Shown here: positions 48,288-57,299 of the stretch, one piece after another | Position numbering within the stretch: position 1 is the first letter of the stretch | Layout: the number at the start of each line of letters is the position of its first letter | From: Cycloclasticus sp. | GTDB lineage: Bacteria; Pseudomonadota; Gammaproteobacteria; Methylococcales; Cycloclasticaceae | Direction: 5' to 3' | DNA length: 64,000 nucleotides | NCBI GenBank assembly: GCA_036961325.1 | Contig: JBALVF010000002.1 | Coordinates: 210,733-274,732 of the forward strand | Made by a program: the position numbers and the translations under genes | The notes under the pieces: model-generated | What the model was told of the DNA's origin: nothing | The model's database searches: none | The model's input: only the letters and a program-made list of their open reading frames with translations

Positions 48288-50492
48288 ATGTTATTTGGAA
48301 GACATAAAAAGAACCCCATCAAAATGGTCGATAAACAGATCACCAAGTGGAGTTACGCCACCTGTGGTTATTGTTCTGTTGGCTGTTCGATAGAAATTGG
48401 CTCGAATGCAGACGGTAAAATAGTCGGCTCACGTGGCGTTGGTGGGGCGGACGTTAATCGTGGCAAGCTATGCGTAAAAGGCATTTTTGAACACGAGTTG
48501 TTCGAATCTTCAGGCCGAGGCGATAAGCCACTGATGCGCGATGCTATCGAAGAGAGCTATAAAGAAACGACTTGGGATGAAGCTACCAGCAAGGCGGCAA
48601 CAGAGATTCGTCGTATTCAAGAAACATATGGTCGTGATTCCTTCGCGGTTATTTCGACGGGTCAATTACTGACTGAAGAGTTCTACACCCTGGGTAAATT
48701 AACCCGTGGGCTTATCGGCACCAATAATTACGATGGCAACACCACCTTGTGTATGGCTTCTGCCGTTTCGGGCTACAAGCGCTCGTTCGGTTCAGATGGG
48801 CCACCGGGTTGTTACGAAGATTTTGAACACACAGAATGCTTAATGGCCTGGGGTTCGAACTTACCCGAACAGCACCCCATCATTTACTGGCGCTTTCAGG
48901 AAGCGCGTGAAAAACGCGACTTTCCTTTAATAGTTATCGACCCTCGCGTCACCATGTTGGCGCAAAAGGCAGACTATCATTTACCGATTACTCCAGGTAC
49001 AGATTTGGTATTGTTGAACGCATTAGCCTTCGTCATTCTTGATGAAGGTTTAGAGGACAGTGCGTACATTGAAGCAAACACAAACGGACTGGATGAACTA
49101 AAGGCAGAAGTCGCCAATTTCACCCCTGAATTAGCAGAGCCAATTTGTGGCATTGATGCTGAAACTATTCGTACCGTTGCGCGTATCTATGCAAAAGCTA
49201 AAACGGCGATGAGCATTTGGACTATGGGTATCAACCAAAGCACCCACGGTACCGACGGGGTAGTGGGCATCAATAATCTAAGCCTTATTACTGGCAATAT
49301 CGGCAAACCTGGCGGCACAAGCTTATCTATTACGGGTCAATGTAATGCCATGGGTACGCGTGAATGGTCATCTTGTTCTGGCTTACCCGGGTACCGATAT
49401 TTAGAAAGCGAAGCGGACCGAAATGAAATAGGTGAATTTTGGAATGTTGACCCTGAGTTCTTTCCGAAAAAACGTGGGATGGCGCAAACCGATATATTCC
49501 CGGCGATTGAGTCTGGTGAAATTAAGGGCATGTGGTTAGTTGCAACCAATCCAATGACGTCAATGGCGAATACCGAACGTACGCGTAATATACTGAAAAA
49601 ATTAGATTTTCTTGTGGTGCAAGATAGTTACGCCGACGTGGAAACCACGCAGTACGCACATTTGTATTTACCCGCCGCCACCTGGGCAGAAAAAGAAGGT
49701 GTGTTCACCAATACGGAACGGCGTGTCAATATCGTACGTAAAGCGGGTGATGCACCCGGTGATTCGAAATCAGATTTCGATATCTTTAACCTCATAGCCA
49801 AACACTTTCCGAATAACGAGAAAATGACATTTCCGGATAAGCCTGCTGGTGCGTTTGAGGAAATGAAAACGCTATCGAAAGGCCGCCTGGCTGATATCTC
49901 AGGCATGGATCACGACCTGATCGAAAAACAACGCGGCATTCAATGGCCCTATACCAAAGAACAAGCGGATAAAGGCGAGCTACCGCCAGCAGGTGGCAAG
50001 CGTTTATACACGGAAACTGCTTCCTTTCGCTTTGCCGATGGTAAGGCAAAACTTATCGCTATGCCGTTTGTTGATAATAACGAAGTACCCGACGAGCAAT
50101 ACCCTTTTTGGCTAAATTCGGGTCGTTTAGTCGAGCATTTTCACACACGCACCAAAACGGGCAAGCTCGGTAATACCAATAAATATAGCCCGATTCCTTT
50201 TATGGAAATTAACCCCGACGCGGCGATGGACTTAGGCATAGAGCAAGGCGAATACGTTCGCTGTGTATCACGGCGTGGTGATGCAGTTGTGATGGCAATG
50301 CTTACACAACGCGTGCCGGCAAATATGGTGTTTATTCCGTTTCATTACTATGACTGTGTGAACCGTTTATCGCTTGGTCTACTCGATCCATATTCGCGCC
50401 AACCTGCGTATAAGCAAGCGGCGATTAAAATCGAAAAATTGGAAGACCAAAAAGCCGCCGCTCAACTGAGCATGCAACGTCGTAATTTTTAA
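48288..50492 (+). CDS. nasA: Molybdopterin nitrate reductase catalytic subunit (assimilatory type, no Tat signal)
   Basis: CGYCSVGC...LCVKG Fe-S motif, TLCMASAV Mo-ligand loop, GQCNAMG, EKEGVFTNTERR; no RR leader and no C-terminal BFD domain. Confidence 0.85.
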   Translation: MLFGRHKKNPIKMVDKQITKWSYATCGYCSVGCSIEIGSNADGKIVGSRGVGGADVNRGKLCVKGIFEHELFESSGRGDKPLMRDAIEESYKETTWDEATSKAATEIRRIQETYGRDSFAVISTGQLLTEEFYTLGKLTRGLIGTNNYDGNTTLCMASAVSGYKRSFGSDGPPGCYEDFEHTECLMAWGSNLPEQHPIIYWRFQEAREKRDFPLIVIDPRVTMLAQKADYHLPITPGTDLVLLNALAFVILDEGLEDSAYIEANTNGLDELKAEVANFTPELAEPICGIDAETIRTVARIYAKAKTAMSIWTMGINQSTHGTDGVVGINNLSLITGNIGKPGGTSLSITGQCNAMGTREWSSCSGLPGYRYLESEADRNEIGEFWNVDPEFFPKKRGMAQTDIFPAIESGEIKGMWLVATNPMTSMANTERTRNILKKLDFLVVQDSYADVETTQYAHLYLPAATWAEKEGVFTNTERRVNIVRKAGDAPGDSKSDFDIFNLIAKHFPNNEKMTFPDKPAGAFEEMKTLSKGRLADISGMDHDLIEKQRGIQWPYTKEQADKGELPPAGGKRLYTETASFRFADGKAKLIAMPFVDNNEVPDEQYPFWLNSGRLVEHFHTRTKTGKLGNTNKYSPIPFMEINPDAAMDLGIEQGEYVRCVSRRGDAVVMAMLTQRVPANMVFIPFHYYDCVNRLSLGLLDPYSRQPAYKQAAIKIEKLEDQKAAAQLSMQRRNF

Positions 50493-50510
50493 CCTATACA
50501 AAACTCATTT

Positions 50511-52400
50511 ATGTTTGAAGTAAGAAGTGACGAACCAAAATATGCGTTTCTTTGGGATAAAGAAACTAAAGCCAAAAATATCTATGGTGATTCGATTGAA
50601 TTAACCTCTGATCAAGGCGGCTTGCATGGCGTTAGTTTAAATATTAACGGTGATGATGATTTAGGTGAAAACCCAAACCGTTACAAGCAGCACGGCTTTT
50701 ACTTCAATGCCGACAATTGTATTGGTTGTCACGCCTGTGAGGCCGCTTGTAGTGAGAAAAACGACAATCCGGCGCATATATCGTTCCGTTCAGTTGGCTT
50801 CGTAGAAGGCGGTACCTATCCCGATTATCAACGCCTGAATATTTCCATGGCGTGTAACCACTGTGATGACCCGGTTTGTTTAAAAGGTTGCCCAACACGT
50901 GCCTATACCAAATACGCAGAATACGGCGCGGTATTACAAGACCCCGATATTTGTTTTGGTTGCGGCTACTGTACCTGGGTTTGCCCGTACAACGCGCCCC
51001 AGCTTGACCCTGTAAAGGGCGAGGTGAGTAAATGTAATATGTGTGTGGATCGCTTAGAAGTTGGCTTAAAACCATCCTGCGTGTCTGCTTGCCTGGGTAA
51101 TGCGCTAGATTTTGGCGTGATCGAAAACGTGCCAGAAAACCGAGAAGAGTGCAAAACAGAGATACCCGGTTTCCCCACCACTGATATCACGCACCCGAAT
51201 ATTCGCTTCCAGCAGTCTCGGCAAACAAAACCTGAAATGACACGAACCGATTCGATGCCGCTTAAATACCATAAAGATGAAGACAGCGGGAAATACAAGC
51301 CGGTTGTCGATGCTAAAAAAGGCAAACAAAAACACTGGAACTGGAAACCTTTACTGCTAGCGCACGAAAGCTCACACGTGATTTTCACCTTGGCCACGCA
51401 AGCGATAGTCGGTGCCTTTGTGATGTTGATAGCAGGTGATTTACTTGGTTTACCAGCGTTTACCAGCATCACGTCATCGAGTGCTTACTTTGCCTTGCTG
51501 GTGGTAATGAATGTGTTGTTAACCATCGGCTTGTATAAATTGAATATGCACCTCGGTAAACCACACCGGTTCTACCGTGGTTTTTACAATTTACGTCATT
51601 CCCCCGTCAGTCGTGAAATTGCAGGGGTCAGCCTGTTTTATACCAGCTTGCTGGGTTATACCTTTTTTAGCTTATTCAATATTGACATCATCACCACGGC
51701 ATTTGGCGTGCTCGGCCTTATTTCAGGTCCTGTTGGGGTGTTTTATATGTACAAGTTGTACCGCATCAAAGCGCGTCCTTTTTGGAATCACTGGCAAACG
51801 GCCAGTTCCTTTATTGGTACTTGCCTGAGTCTAGGCGCGATCACCATTGCGCTAGTTGCTTTAGCCAGTGGCGATGTCAGCACGCTATCATTTAGTGTCT
51901 TAGTCGGCTGCATACTAGCCGGTCTATTACTTGAAGCAGTTGGACATATCGCCCACGCCAAAGACATTAGTAACGGAGAAGGTGAGGGCGCCGCGTCCTG
52001 GTATCTACAAACGACCCAATATGGTTGGCCTTTTATCATCAGTAATATCTTATTGGCATGCGCTATCGCGTTAGCGGGTGTATTAATTTTCACCCCAACT
52101 TCAATAGTCGTCTGGGTACTGTTATTCATCACCATGCTATCAACGGCGTTCATTAGACGTTCGTTATTCTTTGCCCTGGTTATTCCCACCACCATGCCGG
52201 GTGCGTTCTTCTGGAAAAACAAAGGTTTCGAAGAACACGCAAAAGAAACCGGCCTCGCGAATATGCAACAGGTTGGTGTTGAGTACGAGCATCACCGTAA
52301 ATTCAAGCTCAACGAGTTGATGGAGACGATCAAAACCACCACGTTTAATGAAGCGTACGAGCAAACAAAAAGCATATTTGTCTGGAAAAACGCTAAATAA
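50511..52400 (+). CDS. DmsB-like 4x[4Fe-4S] domain fused to DmsC-like membrane anchor
   Basis: CIGCHACEAAC, CNHCDDPVCLKGCP, CFGCGYCTWVCP, CNMC...SCVSAC; then about 8 TMs with HLGKPHRFY...SPVSREI. Confidence 0.88.
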   Translation: MFEVRSDEPKYAFLWDKETKAKNIYGDSIELTSDQGGLHGVSLNINGDDDLGENPNRYKQHGFYFNADNCIGCHACEAACSEKNDNPAHISFRSVGFVEGGTYPDYQRLNISMACNHCDDPVCLKGCPTRAYTKYAEYGAVLQDPDICFGCGYCTWVCPYNAPQLDPVKGEVSKCNMCVDRLEVGLKPSCVSACLGNALDFGVIENVPENREECKTEIPGFPTTDITHPNIRFQQSRQTKPEMTRTDSMPLKYHKDEDSGKYKPVVDAKKGKQKHWNWKPLLLAHESSHVIFTLATQAIVGAFVMLIAGDLLGLPAFTSITSSSAYFALLVVMNVLLTIGLYKLNMHLGKPHRFYRGFYNLRHSPVSREIAGVSLFYTSLLGYTFFSLFNIDIITTAFGVLGLISGPVGVFYMYKLYRIKARPFWNHWQTASSFIGTCLSLGAITIALVALASGDVSTLSFSVLVGCILAGLLLEAVGHIAHAKDISNGEGEGAASWYLQTTQYGWPFIISNILLACAIALAGVLIFTPTSIVVWVLLFITMLSTAFIRRSLFFALVIPTTMPGAFFWKNKGFEEHAKETGLANMQQVGVEYEHHRKFKLNELMETIKTTTFNEAYEQTKSIFVWKNAK

Positions 52401-52440
52401 AAAACTCGCAAGCGGAATCTATTGGGTGGTATTGTTAGTA

Positions 52441-52471
52441 CATCGAATGAATTTGCATTCGATGGATTTTT
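52441..52471 (+). terminator. Probable terminator of the nir/nas operon
   Basis: CATCGAATG-loop-CATTCGATG followed by GATTTTT. Confidence 0.5.
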
Positions 52472-52547
52472 AGTTGTCAGCTAACAGAGGGTAACAGTAA
52501 AGTAATTACACAGAAAATTCGTTCCTGTTTTAGTTAAATTAAGAGGG

Positions 52548-53231
52548 TTGTTTTCTCTTAAATTAAACTTGTGGTCTGTGGACATGATAAGTAGATTAGG
52601 CGCTATGTGTGATGATGAACTAATGACTGATGAAGAGTTTCTCGAAGACAGACGAAGTGCTTTACATGAATCAGTAGAGTATTTTTCAGCAGAACATAAA
52701 CCTGAGCGTGAGCAATGGGTCTGCATAGAATTTTTAACAAATTTAGGTCTAGCATTCAATGAAGATGAAGTGCTGTCATCTAAAGAAGACCCACCGGATG
52801 TTCTTTTTCGTGATGCTGCATTTGAAATAAAAGAAATTCTAGATCCGGGACGTAAACGTCATGATGAATTCAAAAAATCCTATCAAAAAGCACTTGAGGC
52901 AACAAAACCTGAGGACCTCCTAACAGAATATACGCCTATTGATATAACGCCTGATCAAATCAGTATATTGATATTAAAAGAATTGGAACGTTTGCAATAT
53001 CGCTACGCGCCTGCTGTGAAAAGTAATTTGGATTTACTCTTCTATGTGAATTTGACTGATAACTTATTAAAGGAAGGCGCAATGCCTTCAGCCCAGCAGT
53101 TCGATACTTTTGAGTGGCGCTCAATTTCTGCTATTTTTGGTTGGGGCGGATTGATTTTCTTTGCCAATGCTATTTCACCAGACTTTATATACTCTAGAGT
53201 AGGCACATTAACCCAAAAAAAGTTTGAATGA
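52548..53231 (+). CDS. DUF1780-family putative endonuclease
   Basis: EREQWVC...EDPPDVLFRDAAFEIKEILDPGR. True start probably a later ATG (MCDDE or MTDEE). Confidence 0.75.
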   Translation: MFSLKLNLWSVDMISRLGAMCDDELMTDEEFLEDRRSALHESVEYFSAEHKPEREQWVCIEFLTNLGLAFNEDEVLSSKEDPPDVLFRDAAFEIKEILDPGRKRHDEFKKSYQKALEATKPEDLLTEYTPIDITPDQISILILKELERLQYRYAPAVKSNLDLLFYVNLTDNLLKEGAMPSAQQFDTFEWRSISAIFGWGGLIFFANAISPDFIYSRVGTLTQKKFE

Positions 53232-53235
53232 ATTC

Positions 53236-53255
53236 GTCTAACAAACCACTCAAGT
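53236..53255 (+). other. Truncated attC (left arm only)
   Basis: GTCTAAC-AAACC-ACTCAAGT just after the DUF1780 stop; no right arm; GGGGTC follows at 53272. Confidence 0.55.
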
Positions 53256-53324
53256 ACTTCGAGAAAGAAACGGGGTCCAACTCGAATTTATTTTATAAAA
53301 TATTAGCTGTTAATTCATAGGGGT

Positions 53325-53620
53325 ATATTCGCTGCCGCGAGGGCGATCATTTCTTTTGTATGCCCATCACCTAAAGGTATAAGTCTCATAACTGCGGATA
53401 AAAAACATCCGCCTATTCGGCTAAAAGCTACGAACCAAAGAAAAAGGCACCCTGATCGCAACAATCAGTCATTTTTCGGGTTCGCGCTAAACTCGCTACG
53501 CTCAAACAACGCACTCTCTATTCCGAAAAACAACTAATTGCTAGCGCGATAAAGGGGAGAGAAAAGCCGTTAACTGGTCGGTTTTTTTTGATTTAACTCC
53601 CCTTTTACCTCACCGAAGAA
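53325..53620. repeat. Structured intergenic repeat-like element
   Basis: Contains TTTCTTTTG...AACCAAAGAAAAAGGCACCC and AACTCGCTACGCTCAAAC motifs that I recognise from dispersed proteobacterial repeats; internal GCGGAT/ATCCGC hairpin; boundaries approximate. Confidence 0.45.
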
Positions 53621-53818
53621 TAGATACTTTTTCCAACCGCTGAGGAACTCGCCCTTTAGGGTGAAACCTGATACTGAATACGACGCAAAGCAAATTGTTT
53701 ATTAAAAAGGTAATTAATTTACAAGGGCTGTTAGAATTTTAAAAAGTCGTGGAATTTGAAGCAATGATGGATTAGATTAAGCAGGGAGCTAACGAATTAT
53801 GTGTGAAAAGGGAAATAC

Positions 53819-54013
53819 ATGGATGCTGCTTTAAGCAATTTTGCCGCGACAATAATATCCTTCGTCGTTTTAATTGTAGGTGTATATGTGGTAATTACAT
53901 TTACCGTTCATTATGGTTTGAAAAATGTAATTACAAACAGAAAATTAAGAAACGACATAATTAAGCTAGCATCAGTTATTGCTTTCGGTGCGATTGCAAT
54001 GTCGATATATTAG
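53819..54013 (+). CDS. Small two-TM hypothetical protein
   Basis: 64 aa with AAAGGG RBS and two hydrophobic segments. Confidence 0.55.
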   Translation: MDAALSNFAATIISFVVLIVGVYVVITFTVHYGLKNVITNRKLRNDIIKLASVIAFGAIAMSIY

Positions 54014-54127
54014 GAAGCAACACATTTAAAAAAATGACAGGCAGATTAAATGCGATAAGGAAAAATCTGTAGCTCCGCCAGACTCCTTGTCTTTTGCGTA
54101 ATACTAAAAAATAATAAAGGGATGTAA

Positions 54128-54904
54128 ATGGATTTCACACCGCTAATTAATCAAGTCATAAGCATGCTCTGGTATCTGCTTCCTATTGGAGTAATTGTTG
54201 CACTAGTTAAATCACCCTGGTTCAAGGGCGTTGTGGGCGAAGCTATCGTAAATCTAAGTGCAAAGCTTTTTCTCGATAAAAAGAAATATCATCTTGTAAA
54301 AAATGTGACTTTGCCAACTGAAGACGGCAGCACACAAATAGATCATATTATTATTTCAAAGTATGGAATATTTGTTGTTGAAACAAAGAATATGAAAGGT
54401 TGGATATTTGGAGGCCCTAATCAAAAAATGTGGACACAAAAGATTTACAAACATTCTAGTAAATTTCAAAACCCGTTACACCAGAATTATAAACATACCA
54501 AAACGTTACAATCATTATTAGAGCTAAGCGATGAGCAAATATTCTCTGTTGTCGTATTCGTTGGTGACAGCACGTTTAAAACCGAAATGCCAGATAACGT
54601 AACCTACGGCAGAGGCTATATCCGATTTATACACTCCAAAACACAAGTTCATTTAAGCGACCAACAAGTTAAAGAAATAACAACTAAAATTCAATCCGGT
54701 AGGCTAACGCCCTCATTTAAAACAAACCGGGAGCATGTAAAGCACGTTAAATCGATCATAGCCGAGAAAGATAAAGTCCAAACTTGCCCTAAATGCGGTA
54801 GTAATATGTTGTTAAGAGATGTTAAAAAAGGGCAAAATGCAGGCAATAAATTTTGGGGTTGCTCGACGTTTCCAAAATGTAGGGGCGTTGTAAATGTTAC
54901 GTAA
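54128..54904 (+). CDS. NERD-domain nuclease-related protein with C-terminal topoisomerase-type C4 zinc ribbon
   Basis: TQIDHIIISKYGIFVVETKNMKG; CPKCG...FWGCSTFPKC. Confidence 0.9.
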   Translation: MDFTPLINQVISMLWYLLPIGVIVALVKSPWFKGVVGEAIVNLSAKLFLDKKKYHLVKNVTLPTEDGSTQIDHIIISKYGIFVVETKNMKGWIFGGPNQKMWTQKIYKHSSKFQNPLHQNYKHTKTLQSLLELSDEQIFSVVVFVGDSTFKTEMPDNVTYGRGYIRFIHSKTQVHLSDQQVKEITTKIQSGRLTPSFKTNREHVKHVKSIIAEKDKVQTCPKCGSNMLLRDVKKGQNAGNKFWGCSTFPKCRGVVNVT

Positions 54905-54940
54905 TCATTACTTCAAAACGTTTGTGTAAAGATACACACG

Positions 54941-55017
54941 TGATATTTGGGGTCAGAGTAAAAACTATTCAATGATCTCTATATTTACTCAATAATTTTT
55001 ACTCTGACCCCAATTAC
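54941..55017. mobile_element. 77-bp MITE-like element, copy 1
   Basis: Identical to 56726..56802; 18-bp perfect inverted repeat TTGGGGTCAGAGTAAAAA. Confidence 0.8.
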
Positions 55018-55088
55018 CTGATTATCGGACTTCGTTTAACGGGCGATTACAAAGAATTATTTACAGTCTCTAGCAATTAGTTACTCGA

Positions 55089-56450
55089 CTAGTTTTCTGT
55101 TTCGGGTGCCGGAGCCTCGAGGACATTAGTTTTAATGAGCCAGCGCTCCATCAGCTTGGCGGCAACCAGGTCACCGCAAACATTAACAGACGTTCGGCTC
55201 ATATCAAGAATACGGTCGACACCCATAATCAGAACAATACCCGTTGTTGGGATACCGGCTGTCTCTAGTACCATGGCAAGAATGATAATCCCGACACCAG
55301 GTGTTCCCGGTGAACCGATGGATGCGCCAACGGCAGTGACGATAACCAACAGTAATGCACTCGTACTCAGGTCTACACCATAGACTTGCGCCAGAAATAT
55401 GGTTGCAACACCCTGGTACAATGCCGTGCCATTCATGTTGATAGTGGCACCCAGCGGGATCACGAACTGGGAAACTGAAGGACTTACCCCAAGTTTTTCC
55501 TCTGCTGTCTTAATAGAAAGCGGCATAACAGCGGCAGAGCTGGAGGTGGAGAATGCCAATAACAGAACGTCCCGGGTATTGCGTAAGAAATGCAAGGGTG
55601 ACTCTCTGGCAAAAACATATATGAGCAACAGGTACATTGACGTAAGTATCGCCAGACCGAGTAACACAGTACCGACATATACACCCATTCCCAGTATCGC
55701 ATTTAACCCTATTTTGGTGGTGAGTTGCGCCATCAGTCCGAACACGGCAATTGGCGCAAGCCGCATCGCCCAGCCGACTACCGTCATACAGACTTCCTGA
55801 AGCGAAGCCATCAAATCAAGTAAGGGCTTGGACTGGTCGGCCTTCATCATTACGAGTGCAACGCCCATGATAGCGGCAAAGAGTACAACCTGTAGCATTT
55901 GCCCTTCAACCATAGATGTTAACGGGTTGGTAGGGAGTATAGTCACCAGCGTTTGCGGTAGCTCGGACAGGGTAGGCATTGTTGCATGCGCAGAAGGGGG
56001 TGCTGCCCCACTGGTTGCCAATGTAGTTTTTAGACTGCCGGCGTCAACAAAGCTACCGGGATTGATCAGTTTGGCAACACCCAGGCCAATGATGATGGCA
56101 ATGGTGGTGGTAATAACAAAATAAACCACGACACCGATTCCCATCTTGCGTAACTGCTCAAAACTTTCACTGGATGTTAGACCACGCACGACAGAGGCAA
56201 AGATTAATGGCATCACGATCATTTGGATAAGGGTCAGGAACAATTGCCCCGGTAATGCCAGCCAGTTTCCCACTGTGGTTGCGGTTTCGGCTGGAAGCCA
56301 TCCTGTTGTAGGACCAATTAGCATGCCTGTTGCAATACCCAGCAACATACCTATTAGTACTTTTAACCATAGGCGTCCTTGTACAAGTTTGGTCAGGTGT
56401 TTGCTGAGATAGTTGAACGGGTTATTCGCTGTAATATATTCAATAATCAT
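55089..56450 (-). CDS. Dicarboxylate/amino acid:cation symporter (DAACS/GltP family)
   Basis: FSTSSSAAVMP, GATINMNGTALY, GVDRILDMSRT motifs. ATG at 56450 preferred. Confidence 0.92.
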   Translation of the reverse strand: MIIEYITANNPFNYLSKHLTKLVQGRLWLKVLIGMLLGIATGMLIGPTTGWLPAETATTVGNWLALPGQLFLTLIQMIVMPLIFASVVRGLTSSESFEQLRKMGIGVVVYFVITTTIAIIIGLGVAKLINPGSFVDAGSLKTTLATSGAAPPSAHATMPTLSELPQTLVTILPTNPLTSMVEGQMLQVVLFAAIMGVALVMMKADQSKPLLDLMASLQEVCMTVVGWAMRLAPIAVFGLMAQLTTKIGLNAILGMGVYVGTVLLGLAILTSMYLLLIYVFARESPLHFLRNTRDVLLLAFSTSSSAAVMPLSIKTAEEKLGVSPSVSQFVIPLGATINMNGTALYQGVATIFLAQVYGVDLSTSALLLVIVTAVGASIGSPGTPGVGIIILAMVLETAGIPTTGIVLIMGVDRILDMSRTSVNVCGDLVAAKLMERWLIKTNVLEAPAPETEN

Positions 56451-56725
56451 GTGCTTGCCTGTATATTTTTGTGTGGAGACACTAGATGAAATCAATAGCA
56501 TAACATAACACTATGTTATAGATTAACGACCTAGCAGCTGCCTTAGGGGGCCGCATTGAAAAATGAAAACGAATTTTTCTACAGCTGAAAGTCTGTTCAC
56601 AAGATTGTAGAAGCTGGTAAACCAGATGGCGGAAATAATTATTGGAAAAACGCGTAGGCCGAAGAAGAAGCCCGGCGATAGACATTAATTTTACTCAGGT
56701 ACTTATTTCATAAGGACTATTGTTA

Positions 56726-56802
56726 TGATATTTGGGGTCAGAGTAAAAACTATTCAATGATCTCTATATTTACTCAATAATTTTTACTCTGACCCCAATT
56801 AC
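56726..56802. mobile_element. 77-bp MITE-like element, copy 2 (direct orientation)
   Basis: Identical to 54941..55017. Confidence 0.8.
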
Positions 56803-56843
56803 TTCACTTCACTACATAGTCGCCTTTGATGGCGGCGTAATGC
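56803..56843 (+). other. attC right-arm remnant
   Basis: CTTCACTACATAGTCGCCTTTGATGGCGGC-GTAATGC, directly after the element and 12 nt before the next gene; core GTT reads GTA. Confidence 0.5.
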
Positions 56844-56855
56844 AAAAGGTAAATT

Positions 56856-57299
56856 ATGAGACTTTGGTCAATACATCCAGGTTATTTAGATTCAAAAGGT
56901 TTAGTAGCCTTGTGGCGAGAGGGGTTATTGGCACAAAATGTGTTGCTCGGCAAGACAAAGGGTTACAAGAATCATCCACAGCTGAAGAGGTTCAAAAGTA
57001 CTGGCAATTCTGAAGTAGCTATTTGTAGCTATCTTTCTTGTGTTGCGGATGAGGCGGATAATAGAGCCTATAATTTTAACAGGGCAAAAATAGTCCAGAA
57101 TACCAAATGCGAACTTATGCTAGTAACCGAAGGGCAGCTGAATTACGAATTCAAGCATTTGTTGAATAAATTAAAGGTGCGTGACCCAAGTCGATATGAA
57201 GAATTGCAGTCAATTAAAAAAATAAAAACACATCCTTTATTCACACAAGTAGATGGTGGCATAGAAGAGTGGGAAGTCATTAATGATGAACCCCAATAA
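56856..57299 (+). CDS. Pyrimidine-dimer DNA glycosylase/endonuclease V family protein
   Basis: MRLWSIHP...GLVALWREGLLAQ...GYKNHPQL. Confidence 0.85.
   Translation: MRLWSIHPGYLDSKGLVALWREGLLAQNVLLGKTKGYKNHPQLKRFKSTGNSEVAICSYLSCVADEADNRAYNFNRAKIVQNTKCELMLVTEGQLNYEFKHLLNKLKVRDPSRYEELQSIKKIKTHPLFTQVDGGIEEWEVINDEPQ

Noticed and set aside
55034-55086. Minus-strand attC after the symporter gene (GAGTAAC...GTTAAAC)
   Set aside because: Only 53 bp and the L boxes do not pair.
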